A DNA stretch of 64,000 bases from Cyanophora paradoxa CCMP329 (Eukaryota; Plantae; Glaucophyta). Both the position numbers and the translations under genes were made by a program. The stretch lies in assembly GCA_004431415.1 (NCBI GenBank), contig QPMI01000099.1, positions 227,591 through 291,590 of the forward strand. Reading direction: 5' to 3'. Positions 24,226 through 38,800 of this stretch are shown piece after piece; the stretch's first letter is position 1, and the number at the start of each line of letters is the position of its first letter. The notes beneath the pieces are model-generated. The model searched no databases, was not told the DNA's origin, and saw only the letters and a list, made by a program, of their open reading frames with translations.

Positions 24226-27200
24226 TTAGCGAACGAGCCGCGCGCGATGGGCGAGCGAGACGGATGGGAGCGCCCACCTGCTCCTCGCTGGCCTTCGCCT
24301 TCGCCTTGCCCTCCTGCGCGCCCGCCCGCGTGAGCTCGACCCGGCCCCGCCCGGCCCCGCCCGGCGCGATCGCGACCCTGCTCGCCGACCTCGGACTCGG
24401 CCACGAGCTTGGCGACCAGGGCGTCCGCGTCCTCGAGCAGGCCCTCCAGCTCCTAGGAGCACACGATCACGCAACTCCGGTCAGCGCGACCGCAAAGGCT
24501 GGCCGCACGGCACGGGCAGCAGCTGACCTCGTTCTGAGCCCGGAGCGCGGCCTCGCGCGCGGCGGCCTCTCCCGTGGTCTGGTTCAGCTTGCGGCTCAGA
24601 TCCTGCTCAGAAGACACGGTCAGGCCAACTCCAAACTCGCAGCACCCGCGCAAAACGGGAGCCGCGGACCTCGGCCTCAGCCCGGAGAGCGGCCTCGCGC
24701 GCGGCGGCCTCTTCCACGGCCTGGCTCAGCTTGCGGCTCAGATTCTGCTCCGAACGACGCGCGCAGTCAGGCCGACCGTGACCCGGCAAGACAGACAGAA
24801 GGCGCCGCCGACCTCGACCTGAGCCCGGAGCGCGCTGGTCTCTCCGGTAACCTGGCTCAGCTTGCGGCTCAGATCCTGCGCGCGTGCGCGAGGGTCGGGC
24901 ACGTCAGGGCGGCCCCTCCAGCGCGGCGCTCGCCCCAGGACAGGGGCCAACGAACCTCAACGTGGGCCTGGCGCGCGGCCTCGAGCCCGGCCGCCTCCAT
25001 TAGCTTGCCCGCCAGCTCCTGCTCGCTCCTCGATCAGCATGACCGGATCAGCAGCGGGCAGCAGGCGCGACGTCGACGGACCGTGGCGTTGGCCCGGAGG
25101 GCCGCGTTGTCCGCCCAGAGCGCCGCGTTGGCCGCCCGGAGGGCCGCGTTGTCCGCTTGGAGCTCGCCGGCCTGCATCGCGTCAGCCCGGCTCCGCGTGC
25201 GCAGCGCCGCCGACGTCGGCCCGGGCCGGCGCACGCGCGCGTCCACGCACCGGCAAGGCGGGCCCGGATCCGGAGTGACCGACAAGGGGACCCGAGGAGA
25301 AGAAGGAGACGAAGAAGAGGAAGCACGCCGCGGCGGCGGCGAAGGCGAGGAGCCCGGCCGCCGCGCGCCAGCTCCGGAGCGACTTGGCGAGCGTGCCCGC
25401 CCGCACCAGCGCCGCCCGCGAGGACGCGCCCAGCTCGCCCGCCTTCTTGATCAGCCGATCCACGCCGGTCTGCTCCGACTGCTGCTTCGCCACGATCGCC
25501 GCCAGCTGAGAAGCGAGCGCCTCCACCTGCGCCGCCGAGGCCGCTTCCCGCTCCTGGGCCCCATGGACGCACGCCCCCACCACCGCCACCGCCAGCCCCA
25601 GCGTCCTCACGCGCGCTTCGGCCTCCTCGGCACGCTGCTGCGCCAGCACTGCTTGCTCCTCGGCCCGCTGGGTCCGCCCCAACGCCGCCCGCACGTCCCG
25701 CTGCAGCTGGGCCACCTGCGCCGCCGCCGCCCGCGCCGCCGCGTCCGAAGCCCCCGCCCGCTGGTCCGCAGCGTCCCGGGCCGCCTTTGCGTCCGACAGC
25801 TCCCGTTGCAGCTGGCCCACCCGCGCTGCCGCCGCCCGCGCCGCCGCCTCTGTAGTCTCCGTCGCCTCCGCCGCCTGCTGGTTCGCAGCGTCCCGGGCCG
25901 CAATTGCGTCCGATAGCTCCCGCTGCAGCTGGGCCACCTGTGCCGCCGCCGCCGCCTCCGCTGCCTCCGCTTGCTGGTTCGCCGCGGTCCGCGCTTGCTC
26001 TGCCGCCGCCACTGCCGCCGCCTCGGCCGCCTTTGCCGCCAACAGGTTCCGCCGCAGCCGGTCGGCTTTCGTCGCCGCCGCGGCAGCCCGCTTCTTCGCA
26101 GTCTCCACCTGCCGGTTCGCCGCGACCCGCGCTGCTTCCGACGCCGCCGGCGTCCGACGCCGACTCTGGTCGGGCGGAGAGGCGAACCGTAGCACGCGGG
26201 CCGACCTCCCGAGGCGCGGCCCCCGCACGCGCGCCGGCCCAGCGTCGCGCTGGCCACGCTGCGGCCGCCCGTCATGATCAGCTCAGCTCAGCGCCGGCCC
26301 GCCCACGCCCGGACTCACCTCGGCGGAGGGGGGGGAGGAGTCTGGGCTCTCGTCCGGGGTCAAGGGTACGAGAAGGGGCCGGCTCGAAGCCGCCTGGAGT
26401 CGAATCAGCGATCGATTGATTGCGTCATGAACGAGAGCGATCGATTGAATGCGGGACGGACCAGGTCGTTCGAGAAGGCGGGCCTCCGCTTCGCGAACAC
26501 GCTCTGAACGCCCGCTCGGTCAGACGACTCACGACGGGCGGCGGCGCCGGAAAGCGCGCGCGCGCCGCGGGACCGGGCCGGGATCGAGCGGACCGGGAGC
26601 CGGAAGTCCTCCTTGGCGACGTTCTTGACCTCGACGTCCGCGCTGGACTTGATGTAGAAGGCGACCCGGTGGCAATCGAAGCCGAAGCGCGGCCTGCGGA
26701 GCGGGAGGCAGAAGACGAGCAGCGAGGTCCCGCGGCCGCTGCCGTCGTCCATGAGGCGGCCGCGCAGCCGGACCGCGTCCTTGTCGCTCGTGTCGTCGAC
26801 GAGCCCGCGCAGGTCCTCGCTCAGAAGCTCCTTGTTAACCCCCGGCTTGACCCAATCGGCGCCCTGGATCGGAGCGTACGCGACGCGGAGGAATACGTCT
26901 GCCGCGGGGCCGCGCGCGGGGCGTGAGCGCGCAGCTCGCCTCGCGCGACGCGACGCGACGGGGGCGGGGGCGTGGGCGCGGCGGGGACGCACCGTCGCCG
27001 AGCTGCGCGCGGGCGTCGTGCTCGAGCGCGAGCATCCAGACGCCCGACCCGTCGTTGCGGCGGCTTCCCAGCGCGGAGATGCTGCGGCAGCCCCGCGTGC
27101 CGTCGGCGAAGAGAAGGTACGCCTGGATGGACTTCGCGACGATGCCCGTATCTCCGCGGTCGAGGAACGCCCTGTAGAAGCGCCTGCACAGCTCCATGCA

Positions 27201-29050
27201 CCGTCCTTGAGGCAAGTCTGGATGCGGCCGTATGTTGTGGCGGTCGAGTGCGCAGCGGCTTGGAGCGAGGCGGCTTGGCGTTATATTCATCTTGGAGCAG
27301 AGATAGCTGAGCCGAGGAAACAAGCAGAAGTCAGTTACGACCGTCTGCAGCCGAGCGGGGAGCTTATCCAGCCGGCCCCTCACCTGAGAGTTGGCAGAGG
27401 CTGAAGCGAAGCTCGTGCTTTGGGTGTCGGGCGACAGACCACAAGGCAGCTCGTCACGGCGACCTGTAACGGAAGGGATCAAATCTTCAAGAACGGAGCA
27501 TGCGCACGATCGCACTGGCGGAGCCGCTAGGCCCAGTTACGCCTAGCGAAAACGCAGATCTAGAGTGTCCGAATACGATTACTTTGACGGCTCGGGGCTT
27601 CGCGGTCATGCGGGCCGGGGCGGCGTTCGCGCGCCGGGCGCGGCGAACCTGGGCCTGGTCCCGCTCGAGAGGTTGCGCGTACGGGTGCGCAAGAGGTGGC
27701 AGCAAACCTGCGGAACGGAGCTCTCGTTAGAATTCAGGCTGGCAGGCCGAGGAGCGACCGCGCTCTCGACTCAACGGCAAGGCACGCCCGCCGCCCGACC
27801 AGCGACGGCTTCGCGGCCGGGGCCGGCAGCGCAGGGAGGTTCGCGTGCGAAAGGGAGCGCGTTCTATCATATCCCTTCGCTGGTCAAGGGCCTCCGGCGC
27901 CGAATCCTACCGGAGCGGCGGCGAGCTCTCGGTCTAGGGCAGAGCGGCGACTGCGCACCGCGGCAGGCTGTCCTCACTCGTCGCGCAGCAGCCCGAGGCC
28001 GGGGATTCGAAGTTGCTGGACTGAGCCGCGTACCCCCCAAAGAGCACCCGGTGCCACCCGCTGCGCCCGTGCCACTGCCACTCCGAGGCACGATCCGCGA
28101 CCAAGATGAAAGGCTGCAGCTGTTCCAGAGCCGCCGCTCGATCGCGCGAACACAGGGCTTTTCCGTACCATCGACAGCACGCTCTACATGCCTCCAGCAG
28201 CTCAGCGGCTGCAGTTCTGTGCGGGCGATCCGCTGAAATGACCGAAATGTGGTTCTACGGGCCCGCCGCCGCCTCCGCGCACGCTTTCGGCTGTGCAACG
28301 CGGCTGCGCGAGCACCATCGCCGGCAGCTTGTGGAATGCAGCTGTTCGGCCATCGCACGGCGGCCGATGCCAGCTGGAGGTTCCACCCCCGCCGAAATGG
28401 CCCGAGCAGCTGTCACGCTGTTTCAACAAGTTCTCCATCGTCTGCTTCTCCCCGTCGTAGCTAGCTACGCGCCGGAAGCTAGCTACTGGTGCGAGCCGGG
28501 TCTGATGGGCGTCGAGCCCCCGCAACTCTGAACTGCCCGCGCAGCGCTCGTACCCAGATCAAGCCCACTTGAAACCACTTCTTCGCCATGGCTCCGCCGC
28601 TGAGCGAGCGAGAGGCAGCCACTGCAGCGAGGTACGGCGGGAGCCATCGACGCGCGCCGCAGCGCGGCCCGCCCTGTCGAGCATCCCGTACGCTCGGTCC
28701 GCCGCAGCCGGCCGCCGACCGGCGCCGCTGACATGTACAGCGCGCAGCTCGCGAGCTCTGCCCAGGCGCGGCGACTGTGTCCCTCGGCTCGGCGACCGGC
28801 GTGCTGGCGCGGTGCTGCGCGGCGCCGCCCTCTCTACCGCCTTGGTTCGGCCGGCTCGGTTCGACCGGCTCGGTTCGGCCGGCGGGTTCGGCCGAGGCGG
28901 GTAGCTCCGGGGCGCAGCGCGCGCCAAGGTGGCACAGCCCGACGGCGCCTGGGTGCGAGCCCCGCCCGCCGCGAGCGCTCGCGCGGCCGACCTTCTCGCC
29001 CAGCCGACCGCCCGCTCTGCCGCAGGCTTCTTCCCATGCGCGTCGAACGA
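24226..29050 (-). CDS. second member of the chimeric coiled-coil gene family (multi-exon, approximate, possibly degraded)
   Basis: 27300-29165 is homologous to 5560-7330 including the intron (27307-27383). Unrelated globular exons at 26600-27300. AQLQRELSDA repeats in 25182..26228. Confidence 0.45.
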
Positions 29051-29164
29051 GGACACCCTCCACGTCTCCCGCGAGGTGAAGGCGCGCTCTTCCATACATT
29101 CCGCCCCGAATCGCTCTCCCGCCCCTCTAACCGCGCCCTGCGCCCCGGCCCTGCGCCTCAGACG

Positions 29165-31070
29165 GTCTACTTTGAGACAGTCTGCGACGCCCTTCGCCTC
29201 TCGCTGCACCGATGCTTCCTGAACCGCTTCAACCTCCACCAGCAGGTCGGGGGGGTACAGGGGCGGGACGGGGCGCGTGCCGACGCGGTGGGGGGGGGGG
29301 TACGCAGTTCTCCGTCGTGCGGGCGACGCCCTTCGGCGAGCCGATCCGCGACGAGTACGGGCTCGGGGCGCCCCCGGAGATCGCCGTACCCACGGGCGGC
29401 CCCGCCCTCGTCTCGGAGGAGCGGAGGCTGGCGGGGCCCCATGCCCTCGAGCCCGAAAACGTGATACCCCGCCCCGTGCTCCCCCCTCCCGCGATCTTCT
29501 CTGACTCGCGCGCCGCGGCGCAGCCGCCGCTGCGGGCGCCGCGGGACGATCCGATCGGGCTGGACACGTACGTCGTACCCCTCCTGCACGAGGTCCGGGC
29601 GGCCAAGGAGCGCGCCGCGGGGGGCGAGAACTTCGAGGAGGCGCGCCGTGTACCCCCGCGCCCTCTTCCCTCTCCCCTCGCCTCACGCCGCGGCAGGCCC
29701 GGGCGTGCGGCAGGGCGCCGCCCTCGCGCGCCTTCGGACCTTCCTCCGCGCCGGCGACCTCGGTCCGCTCGAAGGGGCGGGGCGGGCTCGGCCGGCCGCT
29801 GTCTCACTTTGCCCCGGGGCGCAGCGGGCGCCATGGCGGCGCAGGCCGACGTGGACAACCTTCAGAGGTCCGCTGGAGAGTCCGGGCTCCCCCCTTGCCC
29901 CCCGGCCGACCGGGGGGACCGCAGGCTTGTGGGCGGCATCGTCGCTGCGGCTCGGGCCGGCCGCGGGCCGATTCCCGACGTTCCGGGAGCCCCGCCCACG
30001 CCGCCCCTGCCCCCCGCGCCCGAGCCCGGCGCCGCCGCCGGCGCCGCGGGGGACCTTAAGGGCGGCGCCCGCGGGCGCATCCCCCTTTGGCCTCGGCCCA
30101 AGGCCGGGGACGATCCCTTCGAGGTTTGCGTACCCCCCCCTAGAGCTGGCCGTCGCTCAGCCGGGTTACAGGTGCTGGACGCGTTCCGCGCGGCCATCGT
30201 TGGGCTCCTGTGCGAAGATCCGGTTCGAATCCCGCCAGGCCCTTTCTTTTCTTACTTCTTCTGATATTTTCGGTGCAGGAGGATGAGCTCCTGGCGGCCG
30301 CGGCCGCCGACGAGCCCCCGGCCTGGTGGGGTAAGCCGGTACCCCCCTCCCCGCATCTCCCACACACGTACCCCCTCGGCTCTAAAACGTCTCGCAGAGC
30401 AAGCCACAGGCCAAGAAGAATCCCGTCCGGAGCGGCGAGGAGCCCTCTTCCCCCCCTCCCGCCTCTCAGAGGAAAGCCGTACCCCCCCCACAAGCTCTCC
30501 GAATCCGTTCCCGGCTTCCGCCCCCCTCGCGGCTGATCGCGGGGTGCCCCCGCTCCCCCCGCCCCCTTCTCCGAACGCGGTCCCCCACGCCCCCGCCCCC
30601 CGCCCGCTCCCGTACCCCTCCCCTCCGAGCCGAGCGAGGGTACCGGCAGCGCCGCCGCTTCCCCCTGGCGCCTCAGGCCGCCGGGCCGCCCCTGGCGCCG
30701 TTTCTGCCCGTCTCGCGCTTGCGGCGCAGCCTCTTCCGTGCCTGCGGCGCCACCCTACTCGCGTCTGCCGCCCCACGCTGCCCGGCGTACCCCCCTCCCC
30801 CCCCGCCCCCCGTCTTCGCCCCCTCCGGCGCTCTCCCCGCCCCGCCCTCCGACTCCCCCCCTAGGGCCGCGGTGCGGCGCGGCGAGGGCCCCACGGGACC
30901 CAAGCGGCACAGCGGCGCCGGCTCCTCCGGACACGTCGGGCCTCCGGCGCCGGCCCGGCCCCCCTCGTCCTCGGCCCGCGGCCCGCCTCCGCCCGCCGCC
31001 TCCGGCCCATATGCATCCTCTCGGCCCGTCGTATTTTTATCCTTTGCAATCGCGCACTGTGAAGCTTAAG
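29165..31070 (+). CDS. hypothetical Pro-rich multi-exon gene
   Basis: Protein-like stretches (QFSVVRATPFGEPIRDEYGLG, DDPIGLDTYVVPLLHEV, VLDAFRAAIVGLLCED) separated by intron-like GC runs. Confidence 0.3.
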
Positions 31071-31497
31071 TCGGCCCCCGGCCCCGGCGCCCGGGCGGCG
31101 GGCCGGCCCGGCTCGGGCCGCCGCGCTCGGCCCGGCGGCCCCGGCCGCCCGGCGCCCGGGCGGGGCGGGAAGTTTTAGAATTGATCGAGCCTGGCCTGCA
31201 ACTTCGGCGGCAAGCCGCTGAGCTTTTAAGATCAGCATCGCGATCGATATCAGATCATCGGAGCATGATTACAATTTATAACCCGTGACCGGCGGCCCGG
31301 CGGCGAGTCGGCGACCGTCGGACGCCGCGGCGTTCATCGCCGTTCAACCGCGACCGGCCGCGGCGGCCCGCGGCGGCGGGCCGGCGGCCGGGCGGCCCGT
31401 GACTCGGGCCGTGAGTCCCGGAGTCCGTGACTCGTGAGGGCCGTGGGCCCCGGCCGTGAGTCCGTGACCCACTGACCGCCGTTGTACAGTACTTGTA

Positions 31498-31707
31498 CTG
31501 TAGGAGGCGGGAAATTGCCGAGGCGAAAAATTGCCGTAAATTGCCGAGACGCCGAATTCGGCAATTTAACGACTCGGCAATGTTGTCGCCCGGGGGTAGC
31601 AATTTTCTTAGGCCGCCATAGAGCATGCGCAGAATCTGGATTCGGCAATTTATCGACTCGGCAATTCCGGTTTTGGGCGAATTCGGCAATTTTTCCGCCT
31701 CCTACAG
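31498..31707. mobile_element. MITE related to 12386-12610
   Basis: TIR CTGTAGGAGGCGG/CCGCCTCCTACAG and the same internal AATTGCCG/CGGCAATT motifs; left flank TA, right flank TT. Confidence 0.8.
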
Positions 31708-32899
31708 TTTCGTTCACCGGTTGACCGGATCCGGAGCAATTCATTTTCAATTCATTCAAATTGGGGGGTACCGCGCGGACCATCAGACGGTTGTCGTCGC
31801 TCCGACTCGCGATTCGCGAATACGGCGAATCTCGCGATCGCTCAATTGCAATGACGAGTATGCTCCGTCACGGCCCTCCGTGATATGCATGCGCATCACT
31901 GAGTCTGAGTGAGTCATGGCGCCGCGGCATGCACGATTTCTCACTGTTTCTTCAAGAGTCACGGCGTCGATCATCGGATGCGCCGCGGGCCGGCGCGCCC
32001 GCGGCGCTGCGCCGGCGCATTGCGTATATATATGCATTAAATTATTGCGCTGCTGTCGCAGCTGTACTACGGTACATGTTGCGCGCGGCATCTGATGATC
32101 CGCAGGACCGCAGCTGTACAAGCTTGAAGATCGTCGAAGACTCCTAGCGTTAGCGGCAGCTGTCGTGCACGTATATACGTAGTAGCCTACGGACTCGGCG
32201 AGCGCGTCCGACCGTCGGACGGTCGGCGCCCTGCTTCGAGCTTCTCCTGCCGTAGTGCCAGTGCACGTACGCGTATCGATCATCGGATCGCGAGCCGGGG
32301 GCGCCGCGGCCGCGAGCTCCTATGCTCCAGCCTCCAGCCTCCAGCATGCATATGCGACGCGGCCTCGTGCTCGCCGTGCTGGCGATGCAGCTGGCGATGC
32401 TGCCCTTAAGCTTGCACATATGCATGTGCATGCGCAGTGTGCTCGTCGTTGGCAACCTTCGATCGGCTCCCTGGCCCCCTAGGCCTGCAGCTGCAGCTGG
32501 CTATGGACGGCGCCATATGCATGTACATGCCAATCCCAACCTTGTCGATCTCGGTCTTCCTAGGCCTGTGCATGTACATGTGGCCCTCGACAACGTTAAC
32601 TCGTACGCGTGCGTGCCTCATTTATAATCATGTACATGTATCCGTTCTGTGTTTGTGTGTGTGTGTTTATACTACTATATGGTACTGATCATCATGATCA
32701 GCTGATCATGATCATATAAAAACATAGATATCATAGTAGTATATGCATCGATACTGGTATCGGATCGTGATCATGACATGGAACTGACAGCGCCGTCATT
32801 GACAGCTCGGCGGCGGTTAGCGTTGGACATGGGGTCTTGATCAGCAATCGCAATCCAGAGATCACAATCGCTTCGAGTACCGGTATAGTAAAGTTGGAG

Positions 32900-35800
32900 C
32901 CGATCGCAAATCAACGAGCTCGAGTGCAGACGGCGCCCTACGTCGTGGTGCGCGCGGCGCTGGCGCTGTGTTAGCTTGGCGGGTCCAACGTTAGCCGATG
33001 CATTGCAATTGCGACGTTAACGTCCCCGCAGGTGCTGAACGAGCGCGCAGAGGAGCAGCACCTCGAGGACCTCGCGGCGCACTTCGGCGGGGGCGTCCGC
33101 CACGTCTTCCGGCGCGCCTTCCTCGGCTTCAGCTCCAGGTGCGCCCCCGTCCCGTCCCTTTAGGCCTTCTCTGCCCTTCTCCTCCTAGGCGTCGACGCGT
33201 ACGCCTCCGGATAGATCCTTGTCCACGGGCCCCCCTCCCCTCCCCACTCCCCCCTCCCCTCCCCATCTCCACCCCGTCGTCTTCTATACCCAGTGCCCCC
33301 CCCCCCCCCCACCGCCCCCCCCCCCGCCCCCCCCCGCCCCCCACCGCGTCCCTCCTCCCTCCTCCCTCCCCCCCCTCCCTCCCCCCCCCGCCCCCGCCCC
33401 TCCTCCCTCCCTCCCTCCCTCCCCCCCACCCTCCCCCCCGCGCCCCTCCTCCTTCCCTCCCTTCCCCCCCATATGCGCCCCTCCGGATTCAATCCCCAGG
33501 TCCCCACCGGTACCGTCCCCCACTCCGAGGCTATCCCCTCCGCCTCAACTTTCAGTCCGATCCCGTCCGCACTTTTCTCCACCGACCGCCTCGACCGGCA
33601 GCATGTCGCGCGAGGCGGCCGAGTCGCTCCGCTCGCACGAGCACGTGAAGCTCGTCGTGCCCGACGCGGTCCGCCACGCCCGCCGCCGTCCTCTCTCCAC
33701 CTGACCTGCGTGCAGGCCGTGCGGCCCGCCCAGGCTGTGGACTTCACTGCGCTCGGCTACGGTCCCCAGCCTTGGGGCGACGTCGTTCCGTGGCACCTCG
33801 ACCGGTGCGTGCGCCGCCCGCGCGGCCGCCCGCGTGCGGCCTCCGCGGCCGCAGCTGCTCGTGATCATGAGCGCCGTGAACCCGGCGGCGCGCGCAGGCT
33901 CGACCAGGCGTCGGGCCCGCTGGACGGCCGGTTCGACCGGGGGACGGTGGACGGCTCCGGCGTCGACATCTACGTCGTCGACACGGGCGTGCTCGCCACG
34001 CACCCCGAGCTCGAGGGTCGCGTCGTGCGCCCCATGCCACCCCGCCCTCTCTAAATCTCCGGATCCGCTTGACAGCGGAAGCGACGGCGGCGCAGGTCTC
34101 CCTCTACGACGTGGACTCGGCGCTGTACGCGCCGGGGAGCGAGCTCCTGGGGAGCGACTGCTCGCCCGAGTCGCACGGGACGGCCGTCGCCGCCGCCGCC
34201 GCCGGCCGCACGCTCGGCGCCGCCCCCGGGGCCACCGTCCTGGCCGTCAAGGTCTTCGCGCGCTCCGGCGGGGCCGCCGGCAACTGCACTGGCCCGGCAA
34301 CGGATAGCGCTGTCCTGGCCGGTGCGCTCGTTCGATCCCATGCGTTCGTTTCTCTGACCGTCCCTTGGTTTTCAGGGCTGGAGCAAGTCCTCGCCGCCAT
34401 TCAGAATCGCGGCCGACCGTCAGTGACGCTGCTCGCCATGACGTCGACTTCGAGGGACCGCGACGCGTCGCTCTACACGGCCGCCGTGGCGAGCCTGCGC
34501 GAGTCCGGCTCTGTCGTGATCACCGTGCGACACCCGAGCACCGCTTCAAGGCTTAGAGACGCCAATCATTGAATTGATGGCGATGCGCACTGCGGCAGGC
34601 GGCGGGCAACGACTACGCTGACGGTTGTAACAGCGTGCCAGGCGAGCCTCGGAGCCTCGGAGCTCGAGCTTGTGGTCGGTCCCTTGTGATAGAGCCTCAC
34701 CATCTCTTCTCGCAGGCAACACGCGGGGGGCCATTAACGTCGGCGCCAGCGACCAGGACGACTACCGTGCCGGCTTCTCCAACTGGGGCAGGTTCGATTG
34801 CGAGCGAGCCCGCAAGGAAAGCCGGCGCCTCTCGCCGATCGCAACTCCGCGCAGCTGCGTCTCGTTGTTCGCGCCGGGACAGAACGTAAAGTCGGCGCTG
34901 CGGCCAAAGGCGGTGGCGGGCGCGAACGGCCTGCCCGGTTTCACCGCCTCCACCGGCATTTTCCACGGCACGTCGTTCGCGGCCGGCATCGCTGCCGGTG
35001 TCGCGGCGCTCTACCGCCAGGCCTCCCCCAATTCGCCCCTTGCCGTGCGCCCGCGGCCCGCGGCCGCAGGCCTAGGCCTAGGATGCATGCTTCTCAAAAA
35101 CTTGATCTCGGGGCGGGTCCGGCAGATTATCGAGGATGCACTTGTGAATGGGACGGTCCCCGTGATGCGGTCTTCGATCTTGAACAACAGCCCCAATCGT
35201 CTCCTCAGCGTCTCTAAAGCGCTTCTGCCTGGTACGCCGAAATCTTTCTTTCAGTTTTTTATCGTTGCTGGGCTTCTATATCTTTGATCGTATATATTTT
35301 TGGACTCATGATCAGGTGCGATGGGTGTGGTCGGACCTGCGGCTTACAACGCCTCCCTCTTCTCGGGGGTCGAGATCGGCATGTGCTCGTTCACTCCAAG
35401 CACTACCGCCGGGCTGCCCAGCGCGCTGCACCGGCAGCTGCTGCAGTGGGGCGACGCGTACTTTGACGTCGCCTCCGAGCCTGCAAAGGCCTCCGGCGTC
35501 TTCCTCGCCCGCCTCCGCCTCGAGCAGGACTAGTGCGCGCGGTCCGCCTTCGGTGCTGGCGCCGCGCGTGACGCGGGCACGCAGCAACGGGTTCGAGATC
35601 ACGCTGCGCAACTTCGAATTGACCTACCCGTCCCTCGCGGTCTACATCGGGAACCCGACGATGCCGTCGTACGAGCGGCGCCTGTACGGCTGGTTCCGCA
35701 CAGAGGGCGACTGGTCGAGTTCCATTGTAGAGCGATACGGTACATTCTCTCGCTCCACACTCGAGGAATACGCTTCCGTCCGCTCTCCAATGCTTTCCTG

Positions 35801-38800
35801 CAGGCCAGTCGATCCGACCCGGCACGTACTACGTCCTCGTCCAGGGCAACGCCGTAAGGGGGAACCTTGCGGGGCCTGGCCAGATCTCGTACCAGTGGGG
35901 CGGCTTCGGCAACGCGTCCGGCGCCTTCCGCCTCGACGTGATCGACACCGCCGCGTGCCCGTACCGTGACCACACGCCCGACCGCTGGACCGACGACGGT
36001 ACTTGCAAGTTTGACCAGCTGGGAACGTGCTCGCAGGACCTTCTCATCGGCCGGCAATACTCTTCACAGGTGCGCATATGCATGCCGCGGCGGGCCCTGT
36101 GACTCGCGGCTGGGATTATAATTCCAGAACTTCGGAACGCGCACGCGCAGGACCTGCGTTGGCTTGCAATGAAGTCTGGAGCGTCCAAGGTCCCAGCGGC
36201 CATACAGTTCATGCAGGACTTCGTCATGCGCTTCGAGGTCCCTATTTCGATCAACAGCGGAGAGTTCTACCTTGGGGACCGCGGAATGCGTATCCAACCG
36301 CACTGCGTCGATTGGAACTACTACCAGGCTTCAGCTTGCAATCAAAACGAGGCATTGATCATCATCACGGACGGCTGCCCGACCGACCCGACATCCAACA
36401 TTGTCGCCGTGCGTCCGCCCCGCCGTCTTGGGCCTTGGCATCCTTCAACTGTACCCCACGAACCTCAATTTGTTTTGCAGACCCGACGCTGGGATTGGTT
36501 CCTCGATTGGTATTCCGACGCGCGCTTCCACTTTCCGACAGACACAAAAGTTCTTCTGTCGGGTGAATTTGACGTTCTTTGATCGCACGCGGTCAAGATT
36601 TACAGCGCACGCGCAGGCACTTACTATGCAACGCACTTCTGGCAAAGAGCGGATTACGATTCGACCGTTGCATCCTGGATCACCGAGGGAGGCCTTGCAC
36701 ACTCGAATTTCCCCGGGTTCGCACCGTTTACTTAATGGGGTCGCATGTAACGCATCGTGGCGCACTTGATCTGCACAATCACACAATACGGCAGCAAATC
36801 GGACTATTGTAAGACAGGCGTGAGCCCGTCACCACCAATATGCGCGTGCAGCCGTTTCGCTTTTCTCGAGTCGCGCGTGCCGTCTTGTTGCAATCGGCAA
36901 GCTTCGTAATTCTTCGAGCAGATTCGCACTGCGCGGCGAACACGAGCGCCTCCCCGCTCTCGTTCTGCCGGATGCGGAGCTCGACGCTGCTCGGGCGCAC
37001 GCCCGTCGCGGGCGGGGTCTACCCTGGTGCCCTCTTCTCCCTCCGCAACCTCGCGAGAGCAACGTAAGTCTTGAGACACATAGACAATGATCAAATCAAA
37101 ATCACGATCAAATCAAATCATCGTTTGGCAAATTTACTACAGTTGATTGACACGGATTTCTGCTCAGAACGACAGCAAATTTTTCCGTTTGCACCCCCAA
37201 GCCGGATTTCTTCCCGACTCTTTCCTTCTACTTTGGCTGCCCCGGCACCGCAGGCAGCCTCCTCGTTGCGAAGGGTGCTTTTCATCGCCGACTCAGCGGC
37301 TCTGGCCCGCGCAATGTGCTGAGGCGTCGCTCAGTTGAGGCGAGCTGCTCGCTGGTCGTGACGAACGAGAAGTACTACACGCTGATGCCGGACCAGCCGT
37401 ACTACCTCCTCGTGGAAGGTGCGAACTTCACCAATGGCTTTATAACAGCAATTTACGTGGTTTAGGCGGGAGCGTTATCTATAGTAGTTTTCTGAAACGC
37501 TAGCTAAAGCTCTCGAGTTACGGCAAGTTACGGCAAATTAGGCGGCCGCGCGCACGGGTTAGGTGGGAACATTAGTTTCACCGAGAAAACTAGCGCTGTC
37601 GACCATGCGCCGGCCGATCGCGACCTGACCTTATCACGATGCGTGCGCAGGTTTGATAGAGAGCTCTCCCAGCGGCAGCGCTAGCTTTACGCTATCTGTG
37701 TCGGACACGCGCTGTACCGGCCCGTTCGAATTCGAACCCGGTGCGTTCGCGCGCATTTTCTGAACCCCGCGATCGGCCATCAGAGACTGCAGGCCTGATC
37801 GTAGTGCCGGGCCGTGTTTCGCTTTGCTGCAGTTTCGGAGGCGGCCGTCGTCTATGTGAACGCCACGCGCGCCGTAGTGCGCGTCTCGTTCGAGCCCGGA
37901 GAGAACGTCACGGCGGCATTTGTAGAGTGCTCGCGATCGGCCGCGGGTGCCACCGGCTCGTACGCGGTCAATGCAACGGCGACGGACGCTGATGCGCCGG
38001 GCATCGACCTCGGGATCCAGCTGGCGCCGTTGTTCAATGGCAGCTCCCAATTAACCTGCAGGGCGCTCGTGCGGACCTCTGCGGGCGTCGAGTCGACGTG
38101 GCTGTCGGCCGCTGTGGTGTCGGTGCCTGCAGGTGAGCTCAATTGCAAGCTTAAGGCGGCCTTCGAACGCCTGCTTCCTTGACGCGCTTTTTTGCTCGCG
38201 ATCGGCTCGCAGCCGCGCCTTCGGCACCACGGGCCTCCGTCTCAGTCGTGAACTCAACGCGGGCAGTCGTCCACGTGTCGTTCACTTCCGGCCAGAGCGT
38301 GGTGGAAGTGGAGAGTGTTTGCTCGCGCGTCGCGTTGAGCGGTGTCTATTCCAGAAAAGTACAGGCCGCGGATTCCATGGGGGCTGGCGTAAACGTCAGC
38401 TTCGAGCTGCCCCCACGATACAGCGGCAGCTTCGAGCTGAGCTGCAGGGCGCTCGTGCGGGCGTCGACGGGTTTGCCGTCGGCGTGGACTTCAGCCGCCG
38501 TGGTGACGGTGCCTGCAGGTGCGCAACTGCAGCTAGCGGCTAGCCCTACTAGTACTGGCCTAAGCTCTAGAGTTGATATGAGATGATTTGTTTTCGTCTA
38601 ACGTTTTCGTGCTTACTCACAGCTGCGCCATGGGCGCCGCTTCAGACGGCCGTCGCGGCTTTGAACGCCACGCAAGCAGTGGTGCGCGTGTCGTTCACAC
38701 CAGGCCAAAGCGTTTCGGCGGTGGAAATGCAGTGCTCGGGCGCTGGCGGCCCATACGCGGTCAATGCGACGGTGATGGGCGCTGCGGCGTCTGGCGTGAA

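Noticed and set aside
36290-36560. ZP-domain-like LIITDGCPTDPT...ARFHF motif
   Set aside because: Too little similarity to support without a profile search.
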